Below, in pieces: positions 9,877-19,324 of a DNA stretch of 64,000 bases. A program made the position numbers and the translations under genes. Origin of the DNA: an uncultured Chloroflexia bacterium. GTDB lineage: Bacteria > Chloroflexota > Anaerolineae > JAAYZQ01. The notes below the pieces were generated by a model. That model ran no database searches and was not told where the DNA came from. It saw only the letters and a list, made by a program, of their open reading frames with translations. Numbering within the stretch: the stretch's first letter is position 1; each line of letters opens with the position of its first letter. Location: contig CAVOXA010000010.1 of NCBI GenBank assembly GCA_963700285.1, positions 32,001 to 96,000 of the forward strand, read 5' to 3'.

Positions 9877-11130
9877 CTATAGCCCGCGGGGGTCGCTGAT
9901 CACACCGGTCAGCGCAGAGGCAGCAGCCGTGGCCGGGCTGCCCAGGTAAATCTCTGCATCGCGGCTACCCATACGCCCCCTAAAGTTCCGGTTCGCCGTC
10001 GAAATCGATCGCTCGCCAGGCGCCATGCAGCCTTCGTGCGCGCCCAGGCATGGCCCGCAGCCAGGGTTGAGCAGTGTAGCTCCTGCAGCCAGTAAGTCAC
10101 GGATAACACCTGCGTCGATGGCCGACAACAGCACCTCACGGGACGCTGGCAGGACCAATAAACGCACGCTCGGCGCGATCTGCCGGCCGCGAAGAATGTC
10201 AGCTGCTGCCTGCAGGTCCTCCAGACGGCCGTTGGTACACGTGCCAATAATGGCCTGGTCGATCCGGGTACCCGCAGCCTCCGAGACTGGAACCGTATTG
10301 TCCACTCGGTGGGGCTTGGCTACCTGCGGTTCGAGCTTGCTCGCATCATAGTACAGCTCCCGAGCATAAATCGCATCCGGATCAGGAAGGATCTCCAGAT
10401 ATGCCTCAGCCGTGCGCCCTGCCAACCAGGCCCGGGTCGTGGCATCGGGGGCTACGTAGCCATTCTTGGCGCCCATTTCAGCAGCCATGTTGCACAGTAC
10501 CTGGCGGCTGCCCACACTCATCGCCTCGATGGTCGGCCCGGCGAACTCTACAGACATATAGTCGGCACCACTGGCGCCAATGTCGCCAATGATGTACAGG
10601 ATCAGGTCCTTGGCCGACGTCCTTTCAGGCAGGTCGCCCTCGACAACAATGCGCAAGCTTTCGGGCACACGCAGCCAAATCTCACCCGTGGCCATAACCG
10701 CCGCGGCCTCCGTACGCCCGATACCGGCCGCAAAGGCTCCCAGTGCCCCATGGCTGGGCGTATGCGAATCACTGCCCACGATGAGCATGCCGGGCAGGGC
10801 ATGCCCATGCTCTGGCAGAACCTGGTGGCAGATTCCCTCACCGATGTCGTAAAAGGCCGCGATGCCCTGTTCCTGCACAAACTCGCGGGTCTCTTTGTGG
10901 CTTTGAGCATAGGTCTCGTTGGCTGCAGGAGTCACGTGATCGAGGATGATCACGTTCATACCAGGATCCGCCACCCGGTCCACGCCCATCTTGCGGAGTG
11001 TCTTGGCAATGGCCGAGGTATTGTCGTGAGTAAGGAGCTTGTCAGGTCGTACGGTCACTATCTGTCCCGGTACAACTTCATCCAGACCGGCCTTCAGGGC
11101 CAGGATCTTTTCTGCAAAGGTCTTACCCAT
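9877..11130 (-). CDS. leuC: 3-isopropylmalate dehydratase / homoaconitase large subunit (LeuC/HacA)
   Basis: GICHQV, GSDSHT, GTCTNGR, GCGPCLG and NRNFRGRMG Fe-S motifs. Specificity uncertain. Confidence 0.92.
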   Translation of the reverse strand: MGKTFAEKILALKAGLDEVVPGQIVTVRPDKLLTHDNTSAIAKTLRKMGVDRVADPGMNVIILDHVTPAANETYAQSHKETREFVQEQGIAAFYDIGEGICHQVLPEHGHALPGMLIVGSDSHTPSHGALGAFAAGIGRTEAAAVMATGEIWLRVPESLRIVVEGDLPERTSAKDLILYIIGDIGASGADYMSVEFAGPTIEAMSVGSRQVLCNMAAEMGAKNGYVAPDATTRAWLAGRTAEAYLEILPDPDAIYARELYYDASKLEPQVAKPHRVDNTVPVSEAAGTRIDQAIIGTCTNGRLEDLQAAADILRGRQIAPSVRLLVLPASREVLLSAIDAGVIRDLLAAGATLLNPGCGPCLGAHEGCMAPGERSISTANRNFRGRMGSRDAEIYLGSPATAAASALTGVISDPRGL

Positions 11131-11225
11131 GTGTCATGTACCCCCTCTTTGGGACTGGCACCCTGTTTCGCCTATTGTATTCCATTCGGTGCTAGATGTC
11201 AACATCACCGGCTTGGACTGCCAAC

Positions 11226-11254
11226 TTGCAAACCCCCTGGGCTGATGCTATAAT
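11226..11254 (+). promoter_or_regulatory. Sigma70 promoter for the dedA operon
   Basis: TTGCAA-17-TATAAT with extended TG. Confidence 0.65.
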
Positions 11255-11337
11255 TGGACGTCTTTCTGGCAGCACCATTTTGGGCGGCCGCCCCTCTGGG
11301 CGAGCCGCCGTTTCAAACAGGGGGTAGAACCTTGGAG

Positions 11338-11994
11338 ATGTTAGAGCATCAGTTGGTTGAATTCTTGACCAACTTGATCCAGACGATTGGCTGGTTTGGT
11401 GTAGTGGTCATTATGGCCCTCGAGAGCGCCAACATCCCCATTCCCAGTGAGGTGACCATGCCCCTCGCTGGCTGGATGCTGGTGCAAGCGCGAGAGGGGA
11501 CATCGCTGCAAGCCTTTCTGCTTGGTGGGTTCTGGGGCGCCGTGGGGTGCACCATTGGCTCCGTGATCTCCTATTGGCTGGGTGCGTGGGGTGGCCGACC
11601 GTTGGTGGAACGCTACGGAAAGTATATCCTTGTCCACGAAGAGGATCTGGAGAAGGCAGATCGATGGTTTGCTCGCTGGGGCGACTGGGCAGCCTTTATC
11701 TCGCGGCTATTGCCCATCGTGCGGACCTTTATCTCCTTTCCCGCCGGGGTGGTGCGCATGAACTTTCCCCGCTTTACGGTCTATTCCTTCGTCGGTTCAT
11801 TCATCTGGTGCGGGCTGCTGGCCATGGGCGGTTTCTACTTTGGCGAGCACTGGGAGGAGCTACGGGCCCTCATGCGCCCCTTTGACATCCCCATCGCCAT
11901 CGTCATCATCGCTGCATTCATCTACTATATTTACCACCACATACGTAAAGGCTCCAAGAAAACCGCATTGGCTGATGCGGAGGCCACAGAATGA
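11338..11994 (+). CDS. DedA family membrane protein
   Basis: LESANIPIPSE, GGRP, SRLLPIVRTFISFPAG. Confidence 0.92.
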   Translation: MLEHQLVEFLTNLIQTIGWFGVVVIMALESANIPIPSEVTMPLAGWMLVQAREGTSLQAFLLGGFWGAVGCTIGSVISYWLGAWGGRPLVERYGKYILVHEEDLEKADRWFARWGDWAAFISRLLPIVRTFISFPAGVVRMNFPRFTVYSFVGSFIWCGLLAMGGFYFGEHWEELRALMRPFDIPIAIVIIAAFIYYIYHHIRKGSKKTALADAEATE

Positions 11995-13115
11995 CCCTCT
12001 CCCGTCCTCCGCTGCGCGATAGCTACGAAGGCCTATACAGCCAGGCGCAGATGGCGCAGCGCGCTGGCGACACAGACGCCGCTATCAGTCTCTACCGCCG
12101 TCTGGTCAGCAGACTGGGTCGCCTGAATGAGAGGATCCTGGGCCGGCGCCCTGATCTGGGCGAAATGCATCTGCGGGCTGGCCTCGAACTCACCGAGCTG
12201 CTCCGTGCAGAGGGCCGCTATGCTGAAGCCTACGAGACCAAGAACCAACTGACTACAAGCCATCCTCACATGGCCGAGGAGTGGCGGCGAGACCTGGCAG
12301 TCATGCGCGTTGCCAAAGGAGATGTCGACCCGGGCTTGGCCGAACTGCAGACCCTGGCCGAGGAAGACGCCGGCAACCCCGGGGGCTGGATCGCCCTTGG
12401 CAATGAGGCGCGCATTGAGGGCCGGTTCTCGGAAAGTCAGGCGGCACTCGACCGCGCTTTGGACGTCAGTAGCAGGGATAATCCCTGGGAGCTGGCCGAC
12501 GTATATTTCCAGCGCTTCTTATTGTACAAGGAGATGGGAAGCCTCGACAATGCAGTTGCTGCCTGGGAAGAAGCAGTAAACTGGGACCTGGAAAAGAGAT
12601 CCACAATCCGCGAACTGTACACCATGCTCGCCGACGCCGGTCGCTACAGCGAGGCGCAACAATACATCGACCAGGATGAGAACCCACTGCAAAGCGGTTT
12701 TCAGCGGGGGCTCATCGCCCAGCTAACCGGCAACAACACCAAGGCTCGCGACGAGTGGCAGGCAGTTGCAGAGCTGGATCCAGGTTCTTTCGAACGTGGG
12801 CATGACTGTTGGGTAGAATCAGTCTTGCGACTCGGCGATCCCGAGCCAGCACTGCGAGGACTTCAGGAGCTTCTGGCAAAGCTGCCAACACCACGGCTGC
12901 TGACACTCGCTGGCATTGCCTGGGCCATGCGCGATGATAAAGAACTGGCCAAGGCTCTTCTCCAACAATCCATCAAGCAGCTACGCCGGCATCGCCCACC
13001 AAAGCAAAAGCTGGACAGTACCGACTGGCGGCTGCTCAACTCGCTCATCACCGACGACAAGATGAAATCTGAACTCAAGCCTTACTTTGCCGTTGTCGAG
13101 ACGGTCTGGGACTAG
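11991..13115 (+). CDS. Tetratricopeptide-repeat protein
   Basis: Helical repeats such as GRYAEA, GRFSESQAALDRAL, GRYSEA; ATGA overlap with dedA. Confidence 0.7.
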   Translation: MTLSRPPLRDSYEGLYSQAQMAQRAGDTDAAISLYRRLVSRLGRLNERILGRRPDLGEMHLRAGLELTELLRAEGRYAEAYETKNQLTTSHPHMAEEWRRDLAVMRVAKGDVDPGLAELQTLAEEDAGNPGGWIALGNEARIEGRFSESQAALDRALDVSSRDNPWELADVYFQRFLLYKEMGSLDNAVAAWEEAVNWDLEKRSTIRELYTMLADAGRYSEAQQYIDQDENPLQSGFQRGLIAQLTGNNTKARDEWQAVAELDPGSFERGHDCWVESVLRLGDPEPALRGLQELLAKLPTPRLLTLAGIAWAMRDDKELAKALLQQSIKQLRRHRPPKQKLDSTDWRLLNSLITDDKMKSELKPYFAVVETVWD

Positions 13116-13308
13116 TCCATAGCCCTACGCCAGGCAGGCGAACTGCACGGTCACTGCCCATTGTTTGTGTTTGGATGGCCGTGGGTTCTATGCTATAATC
13201 CGCCGTTGTGCGATTGCCACCCTTTCCTGGTTAGGAATGGGACGGTGACTGACTGAGCGTTGTACTACTATTTTGCCCGCTCAATGACGGTATGTGAGGT
13301 CATAGTGC

Positions 13309-15529
13309 ATGCGTTTTGCTGAGGCAGAACAAAAGTACCACCAACTGGAAAAGAAACTCGTCCAGGGTGAACTCTCTGAAGAGGGCTTTCTATCACAGAC
13401 CGCAGAGTTGCGGGTGGTAGACGATACTGGCCGCCGTTGGATGCTCAGTGGCCGGAGCGGTCGTTGGCTTTTATACGACGGCCAGCAGTGGGTATTCTCC
13501 GAGCCCCCCGAGGATCAAGCGGTGATTGAGGTTGATGCCAGTCCGGAAACTGAGGCCGAAGAAACAGCCAGGGCAGAGGCAGAACCCCAGAGAGTGGAAG
13601 AAGTTGATGAGCCACCAAAAGCGGTTTCAGTCCCAGCCGCAGTACCCGAGTCTCTACCGCCAGAGCCAAGGGGTACCCAACCCCTTGCTGCTCGGCTGCT
13701 GACCATCGCGGCCGTAGGCCTCATTTTTGTTAGCTGCCTCATCGGTGGGGGCATCGCCAGCTGGGTATTCCTCCTGCGCAACATGGGGGATACCGAGCTC
13801 GTGCCCACGGATGTCCCGGTTGTGAGCATGGTAGAAACCTATACCCCGCGGCCGGCAACGCCCACATACACACCTACCTTTACACCCACTGCCAGCCGCA
13901 CTCCGACCCCATCGATCACGCCCATTTCAAGTGCGACACCCATCCCGACCGACACCCCCGTCCCCACCAATACCGCGGTTCCCACAGCAACTTGGACACG
14001 CCCACCGTCGACGCCTACTTCTCAGCCCGCTGTCTCGTCTCCAACGACCCTCAGCAGGGCGCCCACGTCTGCTGCACCGACGGCGGTATCTGCTCTAGCG
14101 ACTCCTACGACGCAAAGCGCCCAAACCTATACCATCAAGGTAGGGGACACTCTCTCCGAGATTGCGACACAATTTGGGGTGAGCGCCGCGGCGCTGGCCC
14201 AGGCCAATGGCATCACCAATGCGGCATTGATCCGTCCGGGGCAGGTCCTCGCAATTCCTGCGGCTGGTACGGCAGCGCCCGCCAGCGCCCAGACCTACAC
14301 AGTAAAAGCAGGGGATACGCTGTCCGAAATCGCGACACGATTTGGAGTGAGCGCGACAGCCCTGAGCGACGCCAATGGCATCACCAATGCGGCCTTGATT
14401 CGTCCTGGCCAGGTTCTGGTGATCCCAGGCCCAGGTACAACGGCCGCAGTGGGATCCAATCAGCCCACGCCGACGTGGACGCCTATCATTGTGCGAACAC
14501 CCAGTGTCTCTGCTACAACCAGAGCGACCGCCATCTCTACCCCCGGCACCGCCACAGCCAGCCCAACGACTACCGCGAGCACGTCTACGCCTACGCCTAC
14601 ACCCACCAACAGCCCAACACCTACACCAACCAAGAGCGGGCCCACGACCACACCCAAGCCGACCTCTGTCCCGACGGCAAAGCCAGCAGATCTATCTGGA
14701 AAGATCGCCTTTACTGTGTGGAACCCGTACAACCACAAGTATGAACTCAATGTCAGCCGCATTGACGGCAGTGGTCGCAACATGCTTGGTGAAGGATTCC
14801 GCCAACCCCAGTTCCGGCAAGATGGCAACTTGCTGGCCGTCAACGGCGATGGGGCGTCGAATTTCGAGCACCTGGTGACCATGAATCCTTCGGGAGGCGA
14901 AAGGTCCGGAGTCAGCAACTATGCGGAGGACAGTTATCCCACCTGGTCGCCTGACGGCGCCATTGTCGCCTATTCCTCCGGTTCCTGGGGGGATGGAAGA
15001 GTCCGGCTGGGCATTGTGCACGACATGTTCGGTGTGCAGCAAAACTGGATCCCCCTCGGAAACCTGCAGGTCGAGGGCAAGTTCCCCTTCTGGATGGCCG
15101 ATGGGCGCATCGTCTACCAGGGTTGTGACTCAGCTGGGGGAGGTGGCAACTGTGGACTGTATTGGGTAGGAGCCGGCGGCGGCGACTATCACCGCTTGAC
15201 CAACCACGAGAGGGACACAGCACCCTCGGGCTTTGGAACCCGCGTGGCCTATATGTCTGATCGCGATGGGAACTGGGAGGTGTACGCCCTCGATATGAAC
15301 GGCGGCGCAGCGCCCATACGGCTGACCCAGAATCCTGCCCAAGATGGCTTGCCCACCTGGTCGCCCGATGGTAAATCGATCGCATTCGTCTCCAACCGGG
15401 GCGGAGCATGGGCCATCTGGGTGATGAACGCCAATGGCAGCAACCAGCGCAAGCTCTTTGACTCTGGGCGGCGGGTACGGTGGCGGTGAGTATGACTGGA
15501 CGACTGAACGGATCTCCTGGGCGCCGTAA
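13309..15529 (+). CDS. Membrane-anchored protein with 2 LysM domains and a TolB-like propeller (one +1 frameshift near the C-terminus)
   Basis: TM helix, P/T linkers, YTIKVGDTLSEIA and YTVKAGDTLSEIA, WSPDG repeats. Removing one base at about 15462 restores ...DLGGGYGGGEYDWTTERISWAP*. Confidence 0.85.
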
Positions 15530-15627
15530 TATCCGCTGGGATTTGATCCCGTCTCGCAACGAGGCCTATAGCGCCAGCCTTTTGGCACTATAGGCCTTGG
15601 ACTGAGAAGACGGGGCTGGGATAGACT

Positions 15628-16770
15628 ATGTCAGAGAGGCAAGGTGCAGGTCGCCAGCAGGGGAGCCGTGCAATGACTTTGGAGAGCTTGGGTGCTCTGG
15701 TCCTGATCCTGGGGTTGGTCACCGTACTATTCATAAGCAGCGCTCCCATCTCCTCCAGCCACCCGGTGCTGGGCACACCGACCCATACGCCAGCCCCGAT
15801 CGTCGTTGTGGTTGCAGCCCCAACCAAAAGTCCGGTACCGACGGCCACGCCCACACAGCGTCCTACGGTGACACAGGCGCTGACGTCCACAGCTACACAG
15901 CGCCCCACAGCCACCGCAACCCTCACACCGGCCCCAACTGAAACTCCGACTCTGACACCTACCGGCATTACTCCGCCGCCTGCGGCAGCCGCTTCTCACC
16001 TGTGGCTGTCATCTCCCATTCCTCTGGACAGTACGGGCGACCGGTACCCCGGAACCTACTTTCCCTACGGCGCCACCATAGAAGGACGCTACTACCGGCA
16101 CCATGGCGTGGACTATATGAACCCCACCGGTACGCCGATACTGGCCGCAGCGGCAGGGCGCGTCATCATCGCTGGCAACGACCTGGAGACCGTCTTTGGC
16201 GTCAAACCTGACTTCTATGGCAACCTTGTGGTCCAGGAACTGGATCAAAGATACCAGGATCAGCCTGTCTATCTGATCTACGGGCACCAGTCGGAAGTCT
16301 TGGTCAAAGCGGGCGATCACCTGGAACCTGGCGACGTCGTAGGCCTAGTCGGCATGACTGGCGTGGCCATCGGCAGCCACCTCCACCTAGAGGTACGCTA
16401 TGGCGAAAACGAATATGCGGACAGCCGCAACCCCATCCTTTGGCTCCAGCCCGAGGACGGACAGGGAATCATCGCCGGCCTGGTGGTCGATGCGCAGGAA
16501 CAACCGGTCTCCGAAACACCCGTGACCTTCTTCCGTGCTGCCGAGCCTAGCAAGTGGTGGCGGCAAACCTTGACCTATGCCGGCCAGGATCCCAAGGCGC
16601 CAGGGACTCCCCTTGGCGTCGATGACCAGATCGGCGAGAACTTTGCCTTGGGCTACGTACCTGCGGGCGACTACCTGGTCAAAGCTCAGATCGGGGCAAA
16701 GTCCTACGTCCAGCCGGTGACCGTGGCGGCTGGAGAAGTTGCCTTTGTCCGGATCTCAGCGGCAGAGTGA
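15628..16770 (+). CDS. M23 family metallopeptidase with C-terminal beta-sandwich
   Basis: HHGVD, YGH and HLHLE zinc motifs; N-terminal TM plus P/T linker. Confidence 0.88.
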   Translation: MSERQGAGRQQGSRAMTLESLGALVLILGLVTVLFISSAPISSSHPVLGTPTHTPAPIVVVVAAPTKSPVPTATPTQRPTVTQALTSTATQRPTATATLTPAPTETPTLTPTGITPPPAAAASHLWLSSPIPLDSTGDRYPGTYFPYGATIEGRYYRHHGVDYMNPTGTPILAAAAGRVIIAGNDLETVFGVKPDFYGNLVVQELDQRYQDQPVYLIYGHQSEVLVKAGDHLEPGDVVGLVGMTGVAIGSHLHLEVRYGENEYADSRNPILWLQPEDGQGIIAGLVVDAQEQPVSETPVTFFRAAEPSKWWRQTLTYAGQDPKAPGTPLGVDDQIGENFALGYVPAGDYLVKAQIGAKSYVQPVTVAAGEVAFVRISAAE

Positions 16771-16803
16771 CCTGCTTCCCGTACCAAAGCAGATATCAGA
16801 GAG

Positions 16804-16838
16804 AAACGGCGCCAGTGCGAGCCAGGCGCTGTTTTTTT
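16804..16838 (+). terminator. Intrinsic terminator
   Basis: AAACGGCGCC..GGCGCTGTTT stem followed by a T7 run, between convergent genes. Confidence 0.6.
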
Positions 16839-16867
16839 GTCCATCATTCAGTTGGTGGCCCCAGTTC

Positions 16868-18019
16868 TCATGCCGGGTCCAACTCCCGGGGTGCCGTGTA
16901 CATGGCCACGATGTTCTCCAGCGGGGTGTCGGCCTGGAGATAGTGGGCCGACGTACAGATGTATCCGCCCCCTGCACCCAGCACCTGGCATCGATCTCGA
17001 ACTTCAGCCTCTACCTCAGCCGGCGTGCCGTGGGGCAGGGTGTGCTGGATGTCGATGGCACCATGGAAGGCCAGCCTGTCACCAAACTCGGCCTTGATGC
17101 GGGCCATGTCCATGCCCGCCGCGCGTGGCTGCAGCGGGTTCAACACATCGATGCCCATCTCGTCCACAAAGGCAGCGATGAATGGGTAGATCGCCCCGCA
17201 GGAATGGTACATGATCTTGACCGGGTACCTGGCCGCCCGGATGGCCGCATTCAGGCGCTGGTGTCGGGGCAGGATGTACTTGCGCCACATCCGCATCGAC
17301 ATGAGGGGGGAATTCTGAATGCCCACGTCATCATAGGTGTAGACCATATCCAGCAGTCCACCCGCGGCCTCGATGACGCGCACGGTGTTTTCAATATAGA
17401 CGTCGGTAAATCGGTCCATGATGGCGCAGGCCACTTCAGGCTTGTCCACCAGGTCCAGGAGAAAGCGCTCAAAGCCGCGCAATGCCCACGACCACTCAAA
17501 GACGCCACCGACCTCATAACGCAGGTGGTAGCGCAGGTCGCCGGTCAACTGCTCGCATTGCTCCCGCACCGACGACACATCCCAGTCATCAGGGCTGGCC
17601 CAATCCCAGCTCAAAACGTCTCCAGCGGTCTCGGCTTCGGCCAGAGGATGCCCCGCGTACTCGTCATAGGTGCTGAACTCGTTGGTCACAGAGCGGCGAT
17701 GGGTACCCCAGGCGTCGATGTAGGTGCCATCGGGCAGGTTGCGAGCCTTGGTGCCCACATAGCCCGTCCTGACCATGCGGCAGTCGATCCCCAACAAGCG
17801 CAGGATCTCCTCCTCATCGTTAGCACCCAAGCCCGTGCGTAGTTTGTCCCAGACTTCAGGCACCGCCCAGAAGTCAAAGGGAACCCTGTCCGGCTGGCGG
17901 TGAGCCAGGGCTGTTTCCACACGCTGCCATGGGCTCAGGTCCGAGTCCTCGGGCCGCCCGTAACATTCCTCCAGATGGATTCGCAAGTCCTTGGACTTTG
18001 CCAAGATCTCCTCGCTCAA
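16868..18019 (-). CDS. Uroporphyrinogen decarboxylase / methyltransferase (URO-D superfamily) protein
   Basis: PDRVP, LRGFE, YDDVG, HSCG, GGGYI and NIVAM motifs. Confidence 0.85.
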   Translation of the reverse strand: MSEEILAKSKDLRIHLEECYGRPEDSDLSPWQRVETALAHRQPDRVPFDFWAVPEVWDKLRTGLGANDEEEILRLLGIDCRMVRTGYVGTKARNLPDGTYIDAWGTHRRSVTNEFSTYDEYAGHPLAEAETAGDVLSWDWASPDDWDVSSVREQCEQLTGDLRYHLRYEVGGVFEWSWALRGFERFLLDLVDKPEVACAIMDRFTDVYIENTVRVIEAAGGLLDMVYTYDDVGIQNSPLMSMRMWRKYILPRHQRLNAAIRAARYPVKIMYHSCGAIYPFIAAFVDEMGIDVLNPLQPRAAGMDMARIKAEFGDRLAFHGAIDIQHTLPHGTPAEVEAEVRDRCQVLGAGGGYICTSAHYLQADTPLENIVAMYTAPRELDPA

Positions 18020-18037
18020 CCTCAGCCTTGACCTAAA

Positions 18038-19312
18038 TCACTGTTTCTCGTACGGCTTTCCCTCGGCCGCCGGTGGTCTGGAGCGACCCACGACTCCTGC
18101 TACAACGATGATGGTCAGGATGTAGGGTGCCATCTGCAGGAACTCGGGCGGGATCGATTCGTTGATAAAGGGCAGCAGAGGCCTGATGATCTGCATCTTG
18201 ACCTGCAGCGCGTTGGCAAAGCCAAAGAGTAGGGCGGCCAGGAAGGCGCCAAATGGGTTCCAGTTGCCAAAGATCATGGCCGCCAGGGCCACAAAACCCT
18301 GTCCCCGGGTCATTCCGTCCTCAAAGGTCCCCACAATGCCCAGCGAAAAGTAGGCCCCGCCGATTCCGGCGATCAGGCCACCGACAATGACGCTGATGTA
18401 GCGCGTGCGATTGACGTGGACGCCGACCGTGTCGGCAGAGCTGGGATGCTCGCCGCAGGCCCGCATCCGCAGGCCCCAGGGGGTGAAAAAGATCAGGTAG
18501 TTGACCGCCACCAGCAGGATGAGCATGATGTAGACCGTAGGCTGGTTGACGAACAGAATCGGGCCAATGATGGGTATCTCGGACAATACGGGGATGGCTA
18601 TTAGCTGAAAGGAGCCGGGATTACTCAGTCCGGCCGGCTCCAGGATGCGGAGGTTCAGGAAGCGCGTGCCTCCGGCGGCCAAGATGTTGATCACCGTACC
18701 AGAGATAATCTGGTCCACTTTGAACCGGATCGACAGCACGGCGTGGAGCAAGGCCATCAGCCCGCCGGTCAGGCTGGCGGCCAGCAGGCCCAGCCACAGG
18801 CTATCAAAGATGCTGGCAAAGGCTACGGCAGCGAAAGCGCCGGAGAGCATCATGCCTTCGATGGCAATGTTGATGATGCCCGAACGCTCGCAAAAGATGC
18901 CGGCCATGGCGCCCAGGGTCAATGGTGTCGCCGCCGTCAGGGTGGCGTTGAGCATGCCTGGCAGGTTCATGCTTGTGCCGCTGGTGGCCCATACCAGAAA
19001 GCCAAAAGCAGCCACCAGGGCCACCAACCAGGCAGCCACGGCCCACAGAGAAGTCAGGCTGCGAAAGAGTCGCATGCCAGCCACAAAAAAACAAAAGGCG
19101 CCGATCATGTACAGCGTAGCCCGTGATGGCAGGGCCAAGAGTGTGCCCAGCACCTCGTCAGTAAAGACCGATTGGTCACCCGCCTGGGCGCTGTAGCCTC
19201 CGAGAAAGAGAAAGAACGCGCCCAGAACCACGAGCAACAGAATGCCCATCAGGTCGCGTCGACTCATGCCAAGCGTTCTGGGTGCATCAATGCTTTGTGC
19301 TTGAACTGTCAT
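18038..19312 (-). CDS. Nucleoside/sugar ABC transporter permease (NupC/YufQ type)
   Basis: ERSGIINIAIEG, GLRMRACGEHP, GFVALAAMIFGNW, PYILT. Confidence 0.92.
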   Translation of the reverse strand: MTVQAQSIDAPRTLGMSRRDLMGILLLVVLGAFFLFLGGYSAQAGDQSVFTDEVLGTLLALPSRATLYMIGAFCFFVAGMRLFRSLTSLWAVAAWLVALVAAFGFLVWATSGTSMNLPGMLNATLTAATPLTLGAMAGIFCERSGIINIAIEGMMLSGAFAAVAFASIFDSLWLGLLAASLTGGLMALLHAVLSIRFKVDQIISGTVINILAAGGTRFLNLRILEPAGLSNPGSFQLIAIPVLSEIPIIGPILFVNQPTVYIMLILLVAVNYLIFFTPWGLRMRACGEHPSSADTVGVHVNRTRYISVIVGGLIAGIGGAYFSLGIVGTFEDGMTRGQGFVALAAMIFGNWNPFGAFLAALLFGFANALQVKMQIIRPLLPFINESIPPEFLQMAPYILTIIVVAGVVGRSRPPAAEGKPYEKQ

Positions 19313-19324
19313 GTCTGCCCTCCC

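Noticed and set aside
13850-14680. Pro/Thr codon repeats and the LysM duplication as a CRISPR-like or tandem DNA array
   Set aside because: They are in-frame protein linkers and domain repeats with no repeat-spacer structure. No CRISPR array or cas genes were seen in the window.
6073-15463. Frameshifts at 6073, 6668 and 15462 as GATC-methylation basecalling errors or programmed frameshifts
   Set aside because: These three can be read as disrupted GATC sites, but the 11 BMP insertions cannot, and there are no slippery sequences. Mixed-allele consensus explains all 14.
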